DNA of 64,000 nucleotides from the human T2T-CHM13v2.0 reference genome, Homo sapiens: assembly GCF_009914755.1 (NCBI RefSeq), contig NC_060930.1; one strand, 5' to 3'. The notes beneath the pieces were generated by a model that had not been told where the DNA came from, ran no database searches, and saw only the letters and a list, made by a program, of their open reading frames with translations. Each line of letters opens with the position of its first letter. The first letter of the stretch is position 1. Shown one piece after another: positions 51,565-64,000 of this stretch. The translations under genes were made by a program, and so were the position numbers.

Positions 51565-51810
51565 AGAAATAACAGCTAATCCTTAATGTGTGTTTAATGT
51601 GTTATTTCAAATAATGTAGGACCTTATTATGAAATTTTATTTATACTTTACAGGAATCCAGAAAGGAAGGCACTCTGATAGTCTTTGTTTTCCAGATGAA
51701 GAAACTAAGGCAAAGCACGTCTGAGTAACTCACACACCCGATATGTGGTAAGAAGTAGTGCTGCTAAGTAAATCCATGCAATGGTTTCAAAGTCCACACT
51801 ATAATGAAGT
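51565..51810 (-). mobile_element. MIR SINE
   Basis: ttttccagatgaagaaactaaggca. Confidence 0.7.
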
Positions 51811-53207
51811 ACTATGTATAGTCATCTTTGTGACCCCATTGCCTTAGGCTAAGTATCTAAAAGATGCATAACAAGTGGCTTCATAAGTGAATATTATTTT
51901 TTAAATAGAGGAATGTCATTTCAAATGTACCAGTGAAATAAATTCATATAATCTTAGTTTTCTGGTTGTGTCAAAATAATACTTTCTTTTTATTTTATAA
52001 AATTCCTCTGTTACTGATATGGAAATTATCCTCTTGACCTCTTGACCCAACAGCAAGAACAATAAGTGACTACCATTGAAATTATTCAAATTATAGAAAT
52101 AGCTAAATAATTATATAAAATAGTTTTTGGCAGTTACAATGGCTAGCTTTGCCACCCTTTCTAAATTTAGAGCTCTTTTGTTGGTTTTTATTTTTACTTA
52201 TTTGTTTACTTGATTTAATAACAGCAGTAGATTAGGCATTGGTATGGTATTGGACAATCTTGAAATAAAAATAAATGGATAAAACAATTTTTCCACATTG
52301 TATGCCTCCTGGGAAATGAAAGGATTGCTAACACTTTGACATAATTAATGAAAAGTAAGTGACTACAATTACCTAAGTGGATATTTCACTTTTTACATGG
52401 GAGAAAACCTGCCTCAACAATTGGTGATTTCTCGAACTCTTAAGCATAAAAACAGGGCAATTCCTTATTATTCAATATAATTAGATTTGTATGTTAAGCT
52501 TTAAGAGAGAAAAAATGCTAATGCACACTTTGGAATTAAATGTAGCTCTGGGTAATAGAAGATATTTAAGGAAGTGAGCAGAATTATATGCATTAAAGAA
52601 GAATTAAAGAAGAATCTTTACAAAGCATACCAATACTCAATCCTCTTACTCTAACCAGTATTTGATTTTTTTAATCAAATGAATTGGCTGTGTATTGCCT
52701 GTGTGTATGTTTGTGTGCATCTATGTACACGCATATGCATATACATACACACACATATATATGTGCATATGTGTGCTTGTGTGTGTGCAAATATATATGA
52801 AGTTTTCTCTGGATCACACCACAGGAAAAAGAAACTGACATACCTTGAGTAATGGGCAGACAGTTCCTCAGATCAATTAAACAAAATGAGGTTTATAAGA
52901 AAAACATTAAGCAAACTTCTTCTCGGATTATTTTTCTAAAAGAAAATTTCTTTTGTAATTGATAGCTTGAAACCTAATTGAAGTTTATGTTAAATATTTG
53001 GCAGTGCTTCAAGGAAAATGATGTGGTTCACCTTGATTCTCTAATTGAGATGCATAGGGGTGCTTTTCTTCTTTTTTATCTGGAAGTGTTGTGGTGACAT
53101 TGTCTACATGGGATGTTTCAGCTTGGGTTATTGCTTCTTTTCTTGCTGAGTGCTAAATTGTTTTTTAGTCTATCTGGCAATCTGTTATTTTTTTTCTCCC
53201 CCCACAG

Positions 53208-53274
53208 GGTTTAGTATTTGTCCTTGAAGAGTTGTCAACTGCAAAACGCAAAGAAAATTGTATATCCAATTAAA
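53208..53274 (+). other. Candidate 67-nt exon (stops in all frames; non-coding or terminal)
   Basis: ttttttttctccccccacag acceptor; AAA/GTAAGG donor. Confidence 0.35.
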
Positions 53275-53589
53275 GTAAGGCAAAACACAACTGTCAAATA
53301 AAAGCCATTAACCCTCTGAGTACCATAATTTCTGGTATATCTGACAGGTTTCTTCTCAGCTCCTTCAACTCTAGTCATTTCCAATTCCCTTCCTTTCTTT
53401 TCAAGATACTGCTTATGGGACAGTTTTATAGTCTATAATGTGTAATGTCAATAAAGTTTTGTCAACAGTTATAATCCAAATGTAAGCAGCATATTTACTA
53501 GACCAATTTTCCTAGTGAATAGTTTATTTCGAAGTATAATAGTTAATCCTTATTTTACATGTAGATTTTATTTGTATTCTTTTTTTTCT

Positions 53590-53790
53590 CAACATGTATA
53601 CTGAGTTCCCACTGCTTTCCAGGGACTGTGCTATCCACTGGATACACAGCATTGAATAAGGCAGAAAGGTTACTGCCTTTCTGACTTTACACTCTAGTGA
53701 GATATAAGCAACTAATAAACTCTGATTTAACTACAATTGCTTTAAGTGACATGACAGAACAGGACAGGGTGCTATGAGAGCAACCAATTT
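53590..53790 (-). mobile_element. L2 3' fragment
   Basis: caacatgtatactgagttcccactg...cagggactgtgcta...acagggtgctatgagag. Confidence 0.65.
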
Positions 53791-53984
53791 TTAGAGAACA
53801 GCCTTGGGCTCACTCTAAAGGGTAAAAAGAAAGGGATTAAGCTGTTGAGAGATGAGGAAATGCTTCATGTAAGCCTTGTGTGAGGCTATAAGAAGGAAAC
53901 AGGAATACTAAGAATGATGATGATGGTGAGGGGGAGTGGGAGGACGAGGAGAAAGGTAGCTAACATTTGTTTAAGGCTTACTAT

Positions 53985-54450
53985 TCTCAGTTTTGATGGC
54001 TCGCAGCTATAGGTTACAGAAAAGAATGATGCTAATTGGCTTTAAAAATAAGAAAGCATATTACCTCTCATGTAGTCCAGAAGTAGGGAACATCCCATAG
54101 GTTGGAATGATCAAAAACCCAGGCTTTACATCTCCCCCCCATTCAAATCAGTATGTGAACTTGGCTCTTGGGCTGGCTCTACTCATGGTTGCAAAGTGGC
54201 AGCCATATTTCCAGGCATTACAGCCAGACATGACAATATTCAGAGGAAGACACTTTTCTCCACTTCATCTCTCCTTTTAGGAGAGAAAAATCTTTTCCAA
54301 GATGACCTGAGCTTACTTTATTTTATGTTTTATTAGGCAGAATTGAGACACATTGTCTATTTCTAAGTGAACCATTTAAATGGAGAATGGAATTGACAAG
54401 TGATATGATAAGATTAGGAATGGAAATTTGCGAGTCAAGCCCCATGACCA
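53985..54450 (-). mobile_element. MLT1 (K/L-like) LTR
   Basis: ctcatggttgcaaagtggcagcc...ccaggcattacagccagacatgacaat; tattaggcagaattg. Confidence 0.65.
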
Positions 54451-54904
54451 CTTCAAATATTCTAAACTATCTTCATGCCACTTAATGTACAGTTTGAAAA
54501 CTCTAGATACATTTCTTCTTAAAGGAGTCTTATTAGTTAAAACATATTTTCAGATTTAAAATCAATTTTTATAATAATTTTATGGCAATTATTATTAACA
54601 TATCTCCTATTTTAATTAGTAAACAGAATTTGAGAAAACTAGTATTTTAGGAATTTTGTTGTTGAAGTTCATTTATGCATAGCATTCTAAATATGAAGAA
54701 AAGGAGACTGATTTTATTGGAAATTGTACATTCTATCTTCCTTACCATTCACTGTGACAATGAATATTATGTCACATTGTCTTTGCCAACATGAGACATT
54801 AGTCACAGAAGAAACTGAAAAAAGGAGAAAATTAAAAATATCACAAAGAAAATCTTTGTATTGACTATACCTGACTACCTTCTTATAATATTGATAGCAT
54901 AATT

Positions 54905-55110
54905 ATAATAATAGTTACTGTTCATTGAGACATAAATGTCTGGTGGGTGTTAGACATTTAGTATCTTAACTTTCATAAAGTCAGTGTGTAGGGTGTGTTT
55001 TTACTCCCATATCAAAATGAGAATCTTGGGGTTCAGAAATTTACACACAGCTGACCAGTGGGAGAGGCTGGCAGGATTTACACTTATCTGTCCTACTCTA
55101 AAGTCATTCT
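54905..55110 (-). mobile_element. MIR SINE
   Basis: ataatagttactgttcattgag...gcaggattt...tctgtcctactctaaag. Confidence 0.65.
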
Positions 55111-55737
55111 CTTATTACACAAACACTATGCCCGGCATTGTCTCAGCCCTGGAAATTCCCTGAGGAATCAGAATATGGCTTTAACAATCAATCACTTTTG
55201 GAAATCCCATGATAAATTTTCACCTATAATTCATCTGTCAATAAAACTTTAAGAAGTTTAAATTTCTGCCTTTACTGGGTAGCACCCTAATTAAAGTAGA
55301 TTTACTATGATTTCACTCTTTCTGGCAACTTCAATTTGAAAACCTTGATACTTTTCTTTAATTATCTTAAGCTTAGCTTTCTAAAGACTGAACAGCACAT
55401 GAAAAGATATTTATTTGCCATGAATTTTTATGCTTCATGCTTGGCTTAAGTGGAAGAGTGTATTTTTCTTGCAGGAAAGTTAAAGATATTTCTAATTTTG
55501 GGTAGAGTATGTTGTTCTTCATTTTTTATTCTGATATATTTTCACAAGTTTTTTTGTATTCACTCACTAGTGTCCTTTTGTATGAGATATCTTTTATTTT
55601 ACTCTTTTGAAAAGAAATAGTAATAATATCATAAGAGTGACTTCAAGTGAGCTAAACAAATCGGAAAGCTTCAGTCTAGCTTATTTTCTTTCAGTTTAAG
55701 TCATTGCTTTTCCTGTTGTCCACCTACACTCCCATAG

Positions 55738-55788
55738 ATTTATTGAGGATGTGACTGTGCTGGCTGAGTCCCATTGCTATTTCCGCAG
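55738..55788 (+). other. Candidate 51-nt exon
   Basis: cccatag acceptor; CAG/GTAGGTAAG tandem donors; one open frame FIEDVTVLAESHCYFR. Confidence 0.3.
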
Positions 55789-58109
55789 GTAGGTAAGGTT
55801 ATTTTAAGATACAGAAATGATAGATTAAACAGATAGTCTTTAAGATAGATGAGGCATATAGAAAACAGTAGGCTGTATTTCCCTTCCCTGGGGCTGGCCT
55901 ACTTTTGGCACTGAGTTTATATTTCAGGGAAGCCAGGATTCTAGCTCCTCATGCCCATAATGCCTTATAGTTAGTAAGATTTAATAAATAAAAATGCAAG
56001 ACTCTAATTAAATTTGATTTTCACATAAACAACGAATAATATGTTAGGAAGTATGCCTCATGCAATTCTGTGAACATTCAGAGTAGCCACCTAATGCCAA
56101 TGTAATATAACCCTTACCACAAATGACCAAAGGGCCAGGACTATGACCTTTTCGTTTATACAACTTATCAGATTCCCTGGACTTGGTAAAGACACAAATG
56201 TTGATTGGTATTGGTGATTGATAGAAGATGTGGGTCCTAGTGATAAGAGAAGGCAATGAGGAGGAAAAAAAAGGATTTGCTTGACAAATGTCTGTTGAAC
56301 TGAATGCATTGTCTCAGATTCTGATATCAGAGCTTGAAGATGTTAATACTTATTTGTACTCCCAAGAAACAGCAATTAACAAAAGATGCTAGAGCACCTA
56401 AAAGCTCTGGGCAATGACACCATATCAGAAATGGTTATCATTGCCATCAAATGTCTAATCAATTTCATAATGTTAGCAGAAAAGACTAATAGTATCACCA
56501 AAGAGCATTCAAAAAGTGGATTCTTTTTAATATCACCTAAAACATTTTCCACTACATACTACCTTAGTATTTTGGTGGAATAAGATAAAGGTTATCACTT
56601 AATAGCCAAAAAAATTTGCTTGATTAAGCAGCTGTCTACCTAGCAAGTACTAACTTAAAGAATTCTCTGGAATGCTTATCCAGAATTTATAGGAAATTAT
56701 CTGCTATAAGTTTTAACAAAAGCAGAGCTTTTTTGGGGGTGTTCTTTGCAAATCTTAGAGAAATATATACTGACAACATTATTAAATGTTGTGACAGGTT
56801 TTTTTTATGTGTAATTCAGAATCTGGCTGAATAGTTCATGCATTTTGCTTATGTGATATGTTTTGATTTGTATCTTTTAAGATGTAGAACCAGAATCAAA
56901 CTGACTCATGATGCTTCCTAGTCATCCATAGCTCCTATCACTACCCCTGTGACATTTCATAGGCAGTTAGTTCAAAAGTTTACGCACACACAAAAATCCT
57001 AAGTATATCTGAAATATTGGAGGCAGCGGCAGGTAATGCCTGACTATAACTCAAACATTCTTTTCACAACAATCTGTGATGTTTGTCTGGACTAACCATT
57101 TGCCATTTGATATCGGAACCTTGGAAAATTGTCAGAGTTTAAAATGTAAATAGATGAGCAATCATATCTGAATGTTTCTGAGAGGAAAAAAGTTCACAAT
57201 TTATGAGTCCTAAGCATTTTCTATGAAGTTATACTTTCTTCAGGCAGCATTTGCCTTTAATTAAGAAAAAATAAGATAAACATTCCCAAAAGTTCAATGT
57301 ATAGTTTTTTAAAAAACTACTACTAATAAGCAGTATAACTATAGTGTTATAATATTCAAAATACTGATTGAGGAAGAGTCATTTTGAATTATAAAAATGA
57401 AGTTAAAGCAGAAAATTTATGAATTCTGAGTCCAGAAACTAGACTCTATTTACTCAGCCTCAGTTTCCTCATCTACACAATGAGAGAACTGACATAAATA
57501 TTGTTTAATATTTTCATAATACTGGGATCTTAAAAGCAATATTGTTGAATTTAAACAATACAGTAGTTTTAACTAGATCTGAAAGTATATTATTTTTATT
57601 AATGAGAAAAGTTGTTTAAGATGGTATTCATATGATTATTCTTGTGTGATGCCCTTTTAAATGAAGGCTCTTCTAAAGTTTTGAAAACTCTAAAAGTAAT
57701 TAATCTCTACTGAGTCTGATTCTGTTATTCATTTGTTACAAAAACATTTGAAATGAATAGCACAAATATTCAGGTATGAGGAGTCTCTGTGTTTTCAACC
57801 TTGCGTCTTATGTTGTAGTCCAGTGGCTTTGGATATTTCCAGCTAAGTGTGGAAAAACACATTTTAGCTTATGCTACCAAAGAGTTAGGTGCTATGTTAC
57901 TCAGTAAGGTGTCTCTGCAGAAAACAATCAGTAAATGGCAAAACAGACTATTCTAGCCCAAGAATTCTACAATAACAAAGAAATAGCATCTCTAACTTCC
58001 TTTCCTTATCACTTAACTAGGAATAACATAAATAAAATAATGTAATAAAATATGGTGGAAATAAAAGGTACATTTATAGCTAATTAATCTATCTCATAGT
58101 CTGGATTCT

Positions 58110-58445
58110 GTCTTATTCTTGACAAATAGTGGGATTGCACACATCAAGATTCAAAGTTAGTTTCAACATATAGCTTGCTTTGAGTCCTGAAATGTGGGCA
58201 GAAATAGCATATGCCACTTCACTGCAGAAGCATTAAGAGTCTGTACTTTGTTATGTTTTTTTTTCCTCTGCCACAGGCAAAAAAAAAAAGAAAAAAAATA
58301 GTGTTCAAGAAGACAGTGTCCCCTCGTTAGCCTAGGTTCTGGAGTAAGGACAGAGTGAAGCAGAGCTTGCAGGTTACAGACTGTCCAGGGTAGTAAGTGC
58401 AACATATAAAATGTTGTTTTAAGTAACTGAGGTTAACCTAACACA
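58110..58445 (+). mobile_element. MLT1 (J-like) LTR
   Basis: tgaaatgtgggcagaaatagcatatgccacttc; gttagcctaggttctggagt; ttttaagtaactgag. Confidence 0.65.
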
Positions 58446-58888
58446 ATCTACAGACTCATGTGAGCAAAAACAATTTCCAGTTTTTGCTTTTTACAAGATA
58501 AAAAACTCAGATAGGTTAAAAGTAAAAGTATAAAAAGATACAGAAAAATAATAAGAAAATGTCCTGTATTAGAAGCCCAAATTAATGGTTATGTACTTAA
58601 TAGCTGGTAATATAGAATTAAGGGGAGATGCATTATTTTAGCTAAAGACAATTTTTTTTTAAAAAATAAATATTTAATTCATTGAAGTATATAACAAATG
58701 TAACCTTGTATTTTTATTTCATAATATAGTCTCAAAATAAATATAGCAAAGTATATGTAATAACAAAAAACCTGGCAAATCCTTCATTAGAAGGGAAGAT
58801 GTTAAAATAAGTTCCTTAATATATCATAGATTGAGCAAACAATTATTAAGCAAAAATTAAGACTTGAAAAACAAAACTATCAAGACTT

Positions 58889-59021
58889 TTTATTTTTAAT
58901 TAAATAGAGATGGGATCTCACTATATTGCCAGGCTGGTCTTATACCCCTGAGTTCAAGTGATCCTCTTGCCTTGGCCTTCCAAAGTGCTAGGACTATAGA
59001 CATGAGACACCATGCTTGGCT
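58889..59021 (-). mobile_element. FLAM (free left Alu monomer)
   Basis: Monomer flanked by tcaagactt repeats. Confidence 0.85.
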
Positions 59022-59031
59022 TCAAGACTTA

Positions 59032-59190
59032 TATATTTCTTTACTTATTTTTTTGAAGTTATTTTTCTCAAAAAAAGATGGGGTCTCACTATGTTGCCTA
59101 GGCTGGTCTCAAACTCCTAGGCTCAGGTAATCCTTCCACCTCAGCCTTTCAAAGTGCTGGAATTACAGGTATGAGCCACCACAGCTGGCC
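59032..59190 (-). mobile_element. Second FLAM in tandem
   Basis: gatggggtctcactatgttgcc...gagccaccacagctggcc. Confidence 0.85.
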
Positions 59191-62100
59191 TCAGGATTTA
59201 TTTAATGGACATATATAGAACAAAAAATCATAGAATAAAATACCTTCTTTTCAAACCCTTAGGACACTACACAATTTGATCACATACTCATTTATAAACA
59301 AAATCCTAATAAATGTTAAAGAACTGATACTGTATATATAAGATAATCTCTAAGCTAAAGTCAATTTGGTCAGTAAAAATTGAAAAACATAGCAAAAATG
59401 CATAAACTTATATACTTAAATGCACTTTAAGTTATTCATCAGTAAAAAAAGTCAGAATACAAATCTTAAAATAAACTCCAGAACAGAATACTAATGATAC
59501 TATGCCATTTTAAACCTCACAGGAAGAAAATAAAAGAGTAACTTGATGGCAATTAATGTATATACATACTTATATTAGAATGGAAGAAATGTTGAATATT
59601 GATGACATAAATGTTCAACTGAAAGACATGGAAAAGAATAAGAGAATTCATCACAGACACGTAGAAAGAACAAAGTTGCAAATACAACAACAGAAATTCA
59701 TGAAATAGAAAACAGAGACACCAGTTAGAGAATCAACAAAGTTAGTTCTTTGACATGACTCTAAAAGTAATGTTTTTCAGAATGAGAAAAATATCTACAG
59801 ATGCAACATATGCTCAATATTTATTTAGAGAATGCTACAAAGAGTTTTCAGTTAATATATTTGAAATTTTAAAGGAAGTTAAAGCCCCTTCAAGTGTTTT
59901 CCTAACAGCAGTTTGCATAAGGGTGAGATAATATTACCTAAATCTTGGAAAGAAAAACTCGAAAGCAATAGGCAGCAAGCTTCTGGCATTCACACAGGTC
60001 TTGGAAAAACTTGTGTTCCCACTATCCAGAGGGAATAGACATCATAATATTAGAACATTAGGTGGAATTGATAGAAATGTAGCATTGAAGTGTTGGGATA
60101 AATTATTCTTGGACAAAACACTAGTTTGGAGAAACCCTTAAAAACTTAGCTTCATAGCAGACCAAAACCAAACAAACAACAACAACAACAACAAACCACT
60201 AAATCTCTATTTATAGAAATATAATAAGATGTAGTAATAAGTAACTTAAAATTTACTGTTTTCCATACCTGGCATCAAATAAGAAAATCACGAGGCATGC
60301 ACAGAAGTAGAAAAGCATTATCCTTAACTAGGGACAAAATATCCAATAGAAAGAGACCCTGATGATCAAGCTAGAAGGCAAGGATATTAAGCTATGGTAT
60401 ATACTGTATATTCAAGAATGAAGAAAAAACAGGAGCTTGATAAGGATAGCAATGGAAGATTAAAAAGAAAGACACTCAAAAGCAAAAATGTAAGGCCTGA
60501 ATTTTTAAAAATTCACTTGGTTAGAATAGAAGCACATTAGAAACTCAGAAAAAAATGAATTTGGTTATACAGTGATAGAAACTATCCAAAATGAAGTATA
60601 CAGAGAAAATAAGGCCTGAAAAACAAGACATTAAAGTATAACAGCAATTGTTTTAAATGTGTAATTGATGTCTCAGAAAGAGAATCAAGGGAGTGGTTTG
60701 AAGACATAAACATTTACCATTTTCTAAAACTGACAAAAACTATAAATCCACAGGTGCAACGAACTTAATGAACCTCCAGAAGAATAAACAAAGATACTCC
60801 CAGGAACATCCTAATCAAACTGCTGAAATCCATTGATAAAAATACAATTCTAAAAGCAGACAGAAAAAAAGACAAATTATCTCTAGAGAAAGGAATGTAA
60901 AATATACAGTATGTTTTTCATCAGAAACTGTACAACTACAATATTGAGTAATATTATTAAAGTGCTAAGAATAATATATCATTCTAGAATTCTTTACCCA
61001 GCAAAAATACAATAATAAATAAAAAATAAAGGCTATTTCAGACAAGCAAAAGCTGTGTAAATTCACTTACAGCAGATTGTACTCTAAGAAATAATAAAGG
61101 AAATCCTCAAAGTAGATGAAAAATTATAGCAGATAAAAAATCTGTACCTAAGTAAAATATGTGGGGAAGTAGGAAATAAGCTTTTAATATTGTACTTCTT
61201 TTAAAAGATAATTTACTACTTAATGCAAAGATAAAGTATATGGTGACAAAAGTAAAAAAGGCAAAAAAAGATAATGAAAGTATACTGTCATAGATTTTAT
61301 GTTACATGTGAATTGGCTTAATATTATTTGAAAGTAAACTGTCATAAATAAAGATGTATATTATAAATGTCAAAGCAATTATTAAAAAATTAAACATAAA
61401 AATATAGATACAAGATCCAAAATAGAGGTAAAATTAAATCTTAAAAATTTTAATTAATTCAGCAGAAAGCAAGAAAATATTTAAAAGTAACAAATGACAG
61501 AGAAGATAATATTAAATAAATAGCAAACAACAAAATATATAAATCAATTAAATGTAAAAGGTCTAAATATCCCAATTAAAAAGCAGGTTTGCCTGGTAGA
61601 TTAAAAAAAACAAGACCCGGCTATTTTGATATCTGTAAAATGCCACTTAAAATATGAAGATACATACATGACTCAAGTAAAAAGTTGGAACAAAGTATAC
61701 AATACAAACATCAATCAAAAGTAAGCTGGAGTGGTTGTATTAATATGAGACAAGTACATGTAATAATGGTGAATATTACCAGAGATAGAGACATTTTACA
61801 ATGACAAATATGTGAAGTCATCAAGACATGACAATTCTAACTGTGTATGCTACTGATAATGAGCTTGAAAATATATGATGCAAAATGAATAGAAATGAAA
61901 GAGATATCGATAAAGCCACATTTCTTTCTCAGTAATTGATAGAACAAATACACAAAAGTAAGAATACAGGAGACTTGAACAATGCTCTCAACTAACTCAA
62001 TCTAATTAGCAGTTTTAGAATACTATAGACAACAACATTAGAAGATACCTTAAATAATAGATGGGACATTCACCAACATCGTTTATATTGTGGGCCATAA

Positions 62101-63496
62101 CGCGGCTCTTAATAAATTTCAAAGTATCCAAATCAGACAGTTGGTACTCTGAACATAGTGGAATTAAATTATAAATTAATAACAAAAAGATCTCCAGAAA
62201 TCCTTGAATATTTGAAAATTTTTAAATGAAAGCATAACATTATCAACACTTGCAGAATGTATTTAAAGCATTTCTAGTATGCCTGTATTTTTTTAAAAAA
62301 GTTTTAAGTACATTACTTAAGCATTTATTTTAAGAAATAAGAAAAATAAAAAGTGTCCCAAATAAACAGAAGAACAGAAGTAATAAAGTTAAGGTCAGAA
62401 GACAAGAGTATTGTGAACAAAACCCACAGAGAAAATCAATGAAAGTAAAGGTTAATTCTTTGAAAAGTTCAATAAAATGACAAGATTTACCCAGACTGAC
62501 TGGGAAAAAAACTATCAATTAACAATTTGTGCTAATATATTCCACAACTTAGTCATTATATGCAATATATTCTACAACAAATTGCATGGAAGATAGAAAT
62601 CAGTAAAACTCTTTCAACAAGTGGATAAATAGCTTCATATTTATTAAAGTAGGTGGTAGGTTAAATTTTTCTCACAAAACAAAGAAACAAACAATAACAA
62701 AATGTTAAATTCCAGACCCACATGGCTTCACTGATAAATTTTATGAAACATTTAGGTAAAAAAATAATACCCGTTTTCTTGTAGACATAGTAGAGGAAAG
62801 AATACAATTCATTTTATAAGTCCTGTGTTTTCCCAATACCATTACAAGACAATGATATTATAAGAAGAGAAAACTGCAAACTAATATCCCTCATGAACAC
62901 AGTCACAAAAACCTTTAATACAATTTTAGCAATAAAAAAACCCCAGTATATTACAAAAAGAAAATAATTCGGGTGTAATTTATCCCAAGAAAGTGAGTTT
63001 TATTAACCTTCAAAAATCAAGAAATATAATTTAACATCTTAATAGGCTTTACAAAAAAAGAAATCCATGTGATAATATCTATAGAGGCAGAAAAATCACT
63101 TTAAGCAACATATTACCCATTCACTAAAAAATACTCTCAGGAAACTAGAAATAGAAATAATCTTCCTCAAATTAATAAACAGTATCAAATAACATCATGT
63201 TTTATTCTGAAATATTAATGCTTTCACTCCTTGTATTTTTTATCCATTTTGGTGGAATTTTAAGAAATCTCTGTATAATATCAAATAGCTAACATTTGCT
63301 TTTGCTCATCTTTGTGGCAGAAATCGCTGTCTCTATCTAATTCATTTTTGGTGATTATTATTATTTATTTCTTGTTTGCTTGGGATGTACTGTGTTCCTT
63401 TTCTTCTAACTTCTTAAGGCAGTATTTAGCTTATATTATTTCAGACTTTCTTTTTTTCTGATAAAAGCATTTAAATATAAAATTATCCACTTGATG

Positions 63497-63740
63497 GCAA
63501 TACCTAACATTTAGTAAATGTTTATTAGATGCCAGACACTTTTCTAAATACTTTATGTGTATCAACTGATTTAATCTGCACTTTCTCTGACCAAATTATC
63601 ATTGTATAACTCCATCTTATTATAACATAGTTAATGCATAAAGAGCTTGACATAATGTGTCTAAGCACAAACACCTGGTAATGAGAAAGCTAGAATTTTA
63701 AAGTTAGGCTATGAATCCAGAGCCCAATATACTGTCCTGC
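63497..63740 (-). mobile_element. MIR SINE amid minus-strand L1M remnants
   Basis: ctaacatttagtaaatgtttattagatgccagacact...gaatccagagccc. Confidence 0.65.
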
Positions 63741-64000
63741 TATTTGGTATATTGATAAATAGGCAACCAAAATAATATCACTGGCAAAATTTCTTTATTT
63801 AGTTTTCCAGCTTACTATGCTTTGTTCTGTGGCTAAATTTATTCCATTACTAATTTATTAATTTCACCTCTAATATTTTATTAGTATACAATATTTTCAG
63901 CTGGATATATTTTAAGACTTTTGTTTATTTTATTTCCAGTAGCATCCCTTAGTTCTTGGGAATTATTTAATAGGCAAAATATAAATTATTGTTTTATGGT

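Larger units (their letters stand above)
58490..63230 (+). mobile_element. Old L1M (MC/MD/ME-like) remnants: an ORF2 piece, then a second element with ORF1 and ORF2
   Basis: gaaactatccaaaatgaa; catcctaatcaaactgctgaaa; ccagacccacatggcttcactg; ctaatatccctcatgaaca. Confidence 0.75.

Overview
This is AT-rich primate DNA, probably human or great ape because AluY-type elements are present. I estimate about half of it is interspersed repeats: 11 Alu/FLAM copies, a near full-length ~8.2 kb L1MA1-like LINE with nested Alu and THE1 insertions, older L1M and L2 fragments, MIRs, ERVL/MaLR/ERV1 solo LTRs and hAT MITEs. I recognise no protein-coding gene, RNA gene, CpG island or CRISPR array. The supplied ORFs are repeat-derived or chance, so the window is most likely deep intronic or intergenic. 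The best observation is a heavily decayed, apparently near end-to-end RTE-clade LINE fossil on the minus strand at ~10.5-13.3 kb. It can be recognised only by stitching motifs across frameshifts (endonuclease, linker, RT, C-terminal), and they occur in the correct order. Other leads are several short splice-flanked candidate exons (47-56 kb), a CTCF-like site, two FLAMs at one target site, template-switch-like hairpins and a pure (AT)30 tract. I did not find a convincing new biological system. Repeat subfamily names come from remembered consensus sequences, not a database search, and boundaries of old repeats are approximate.
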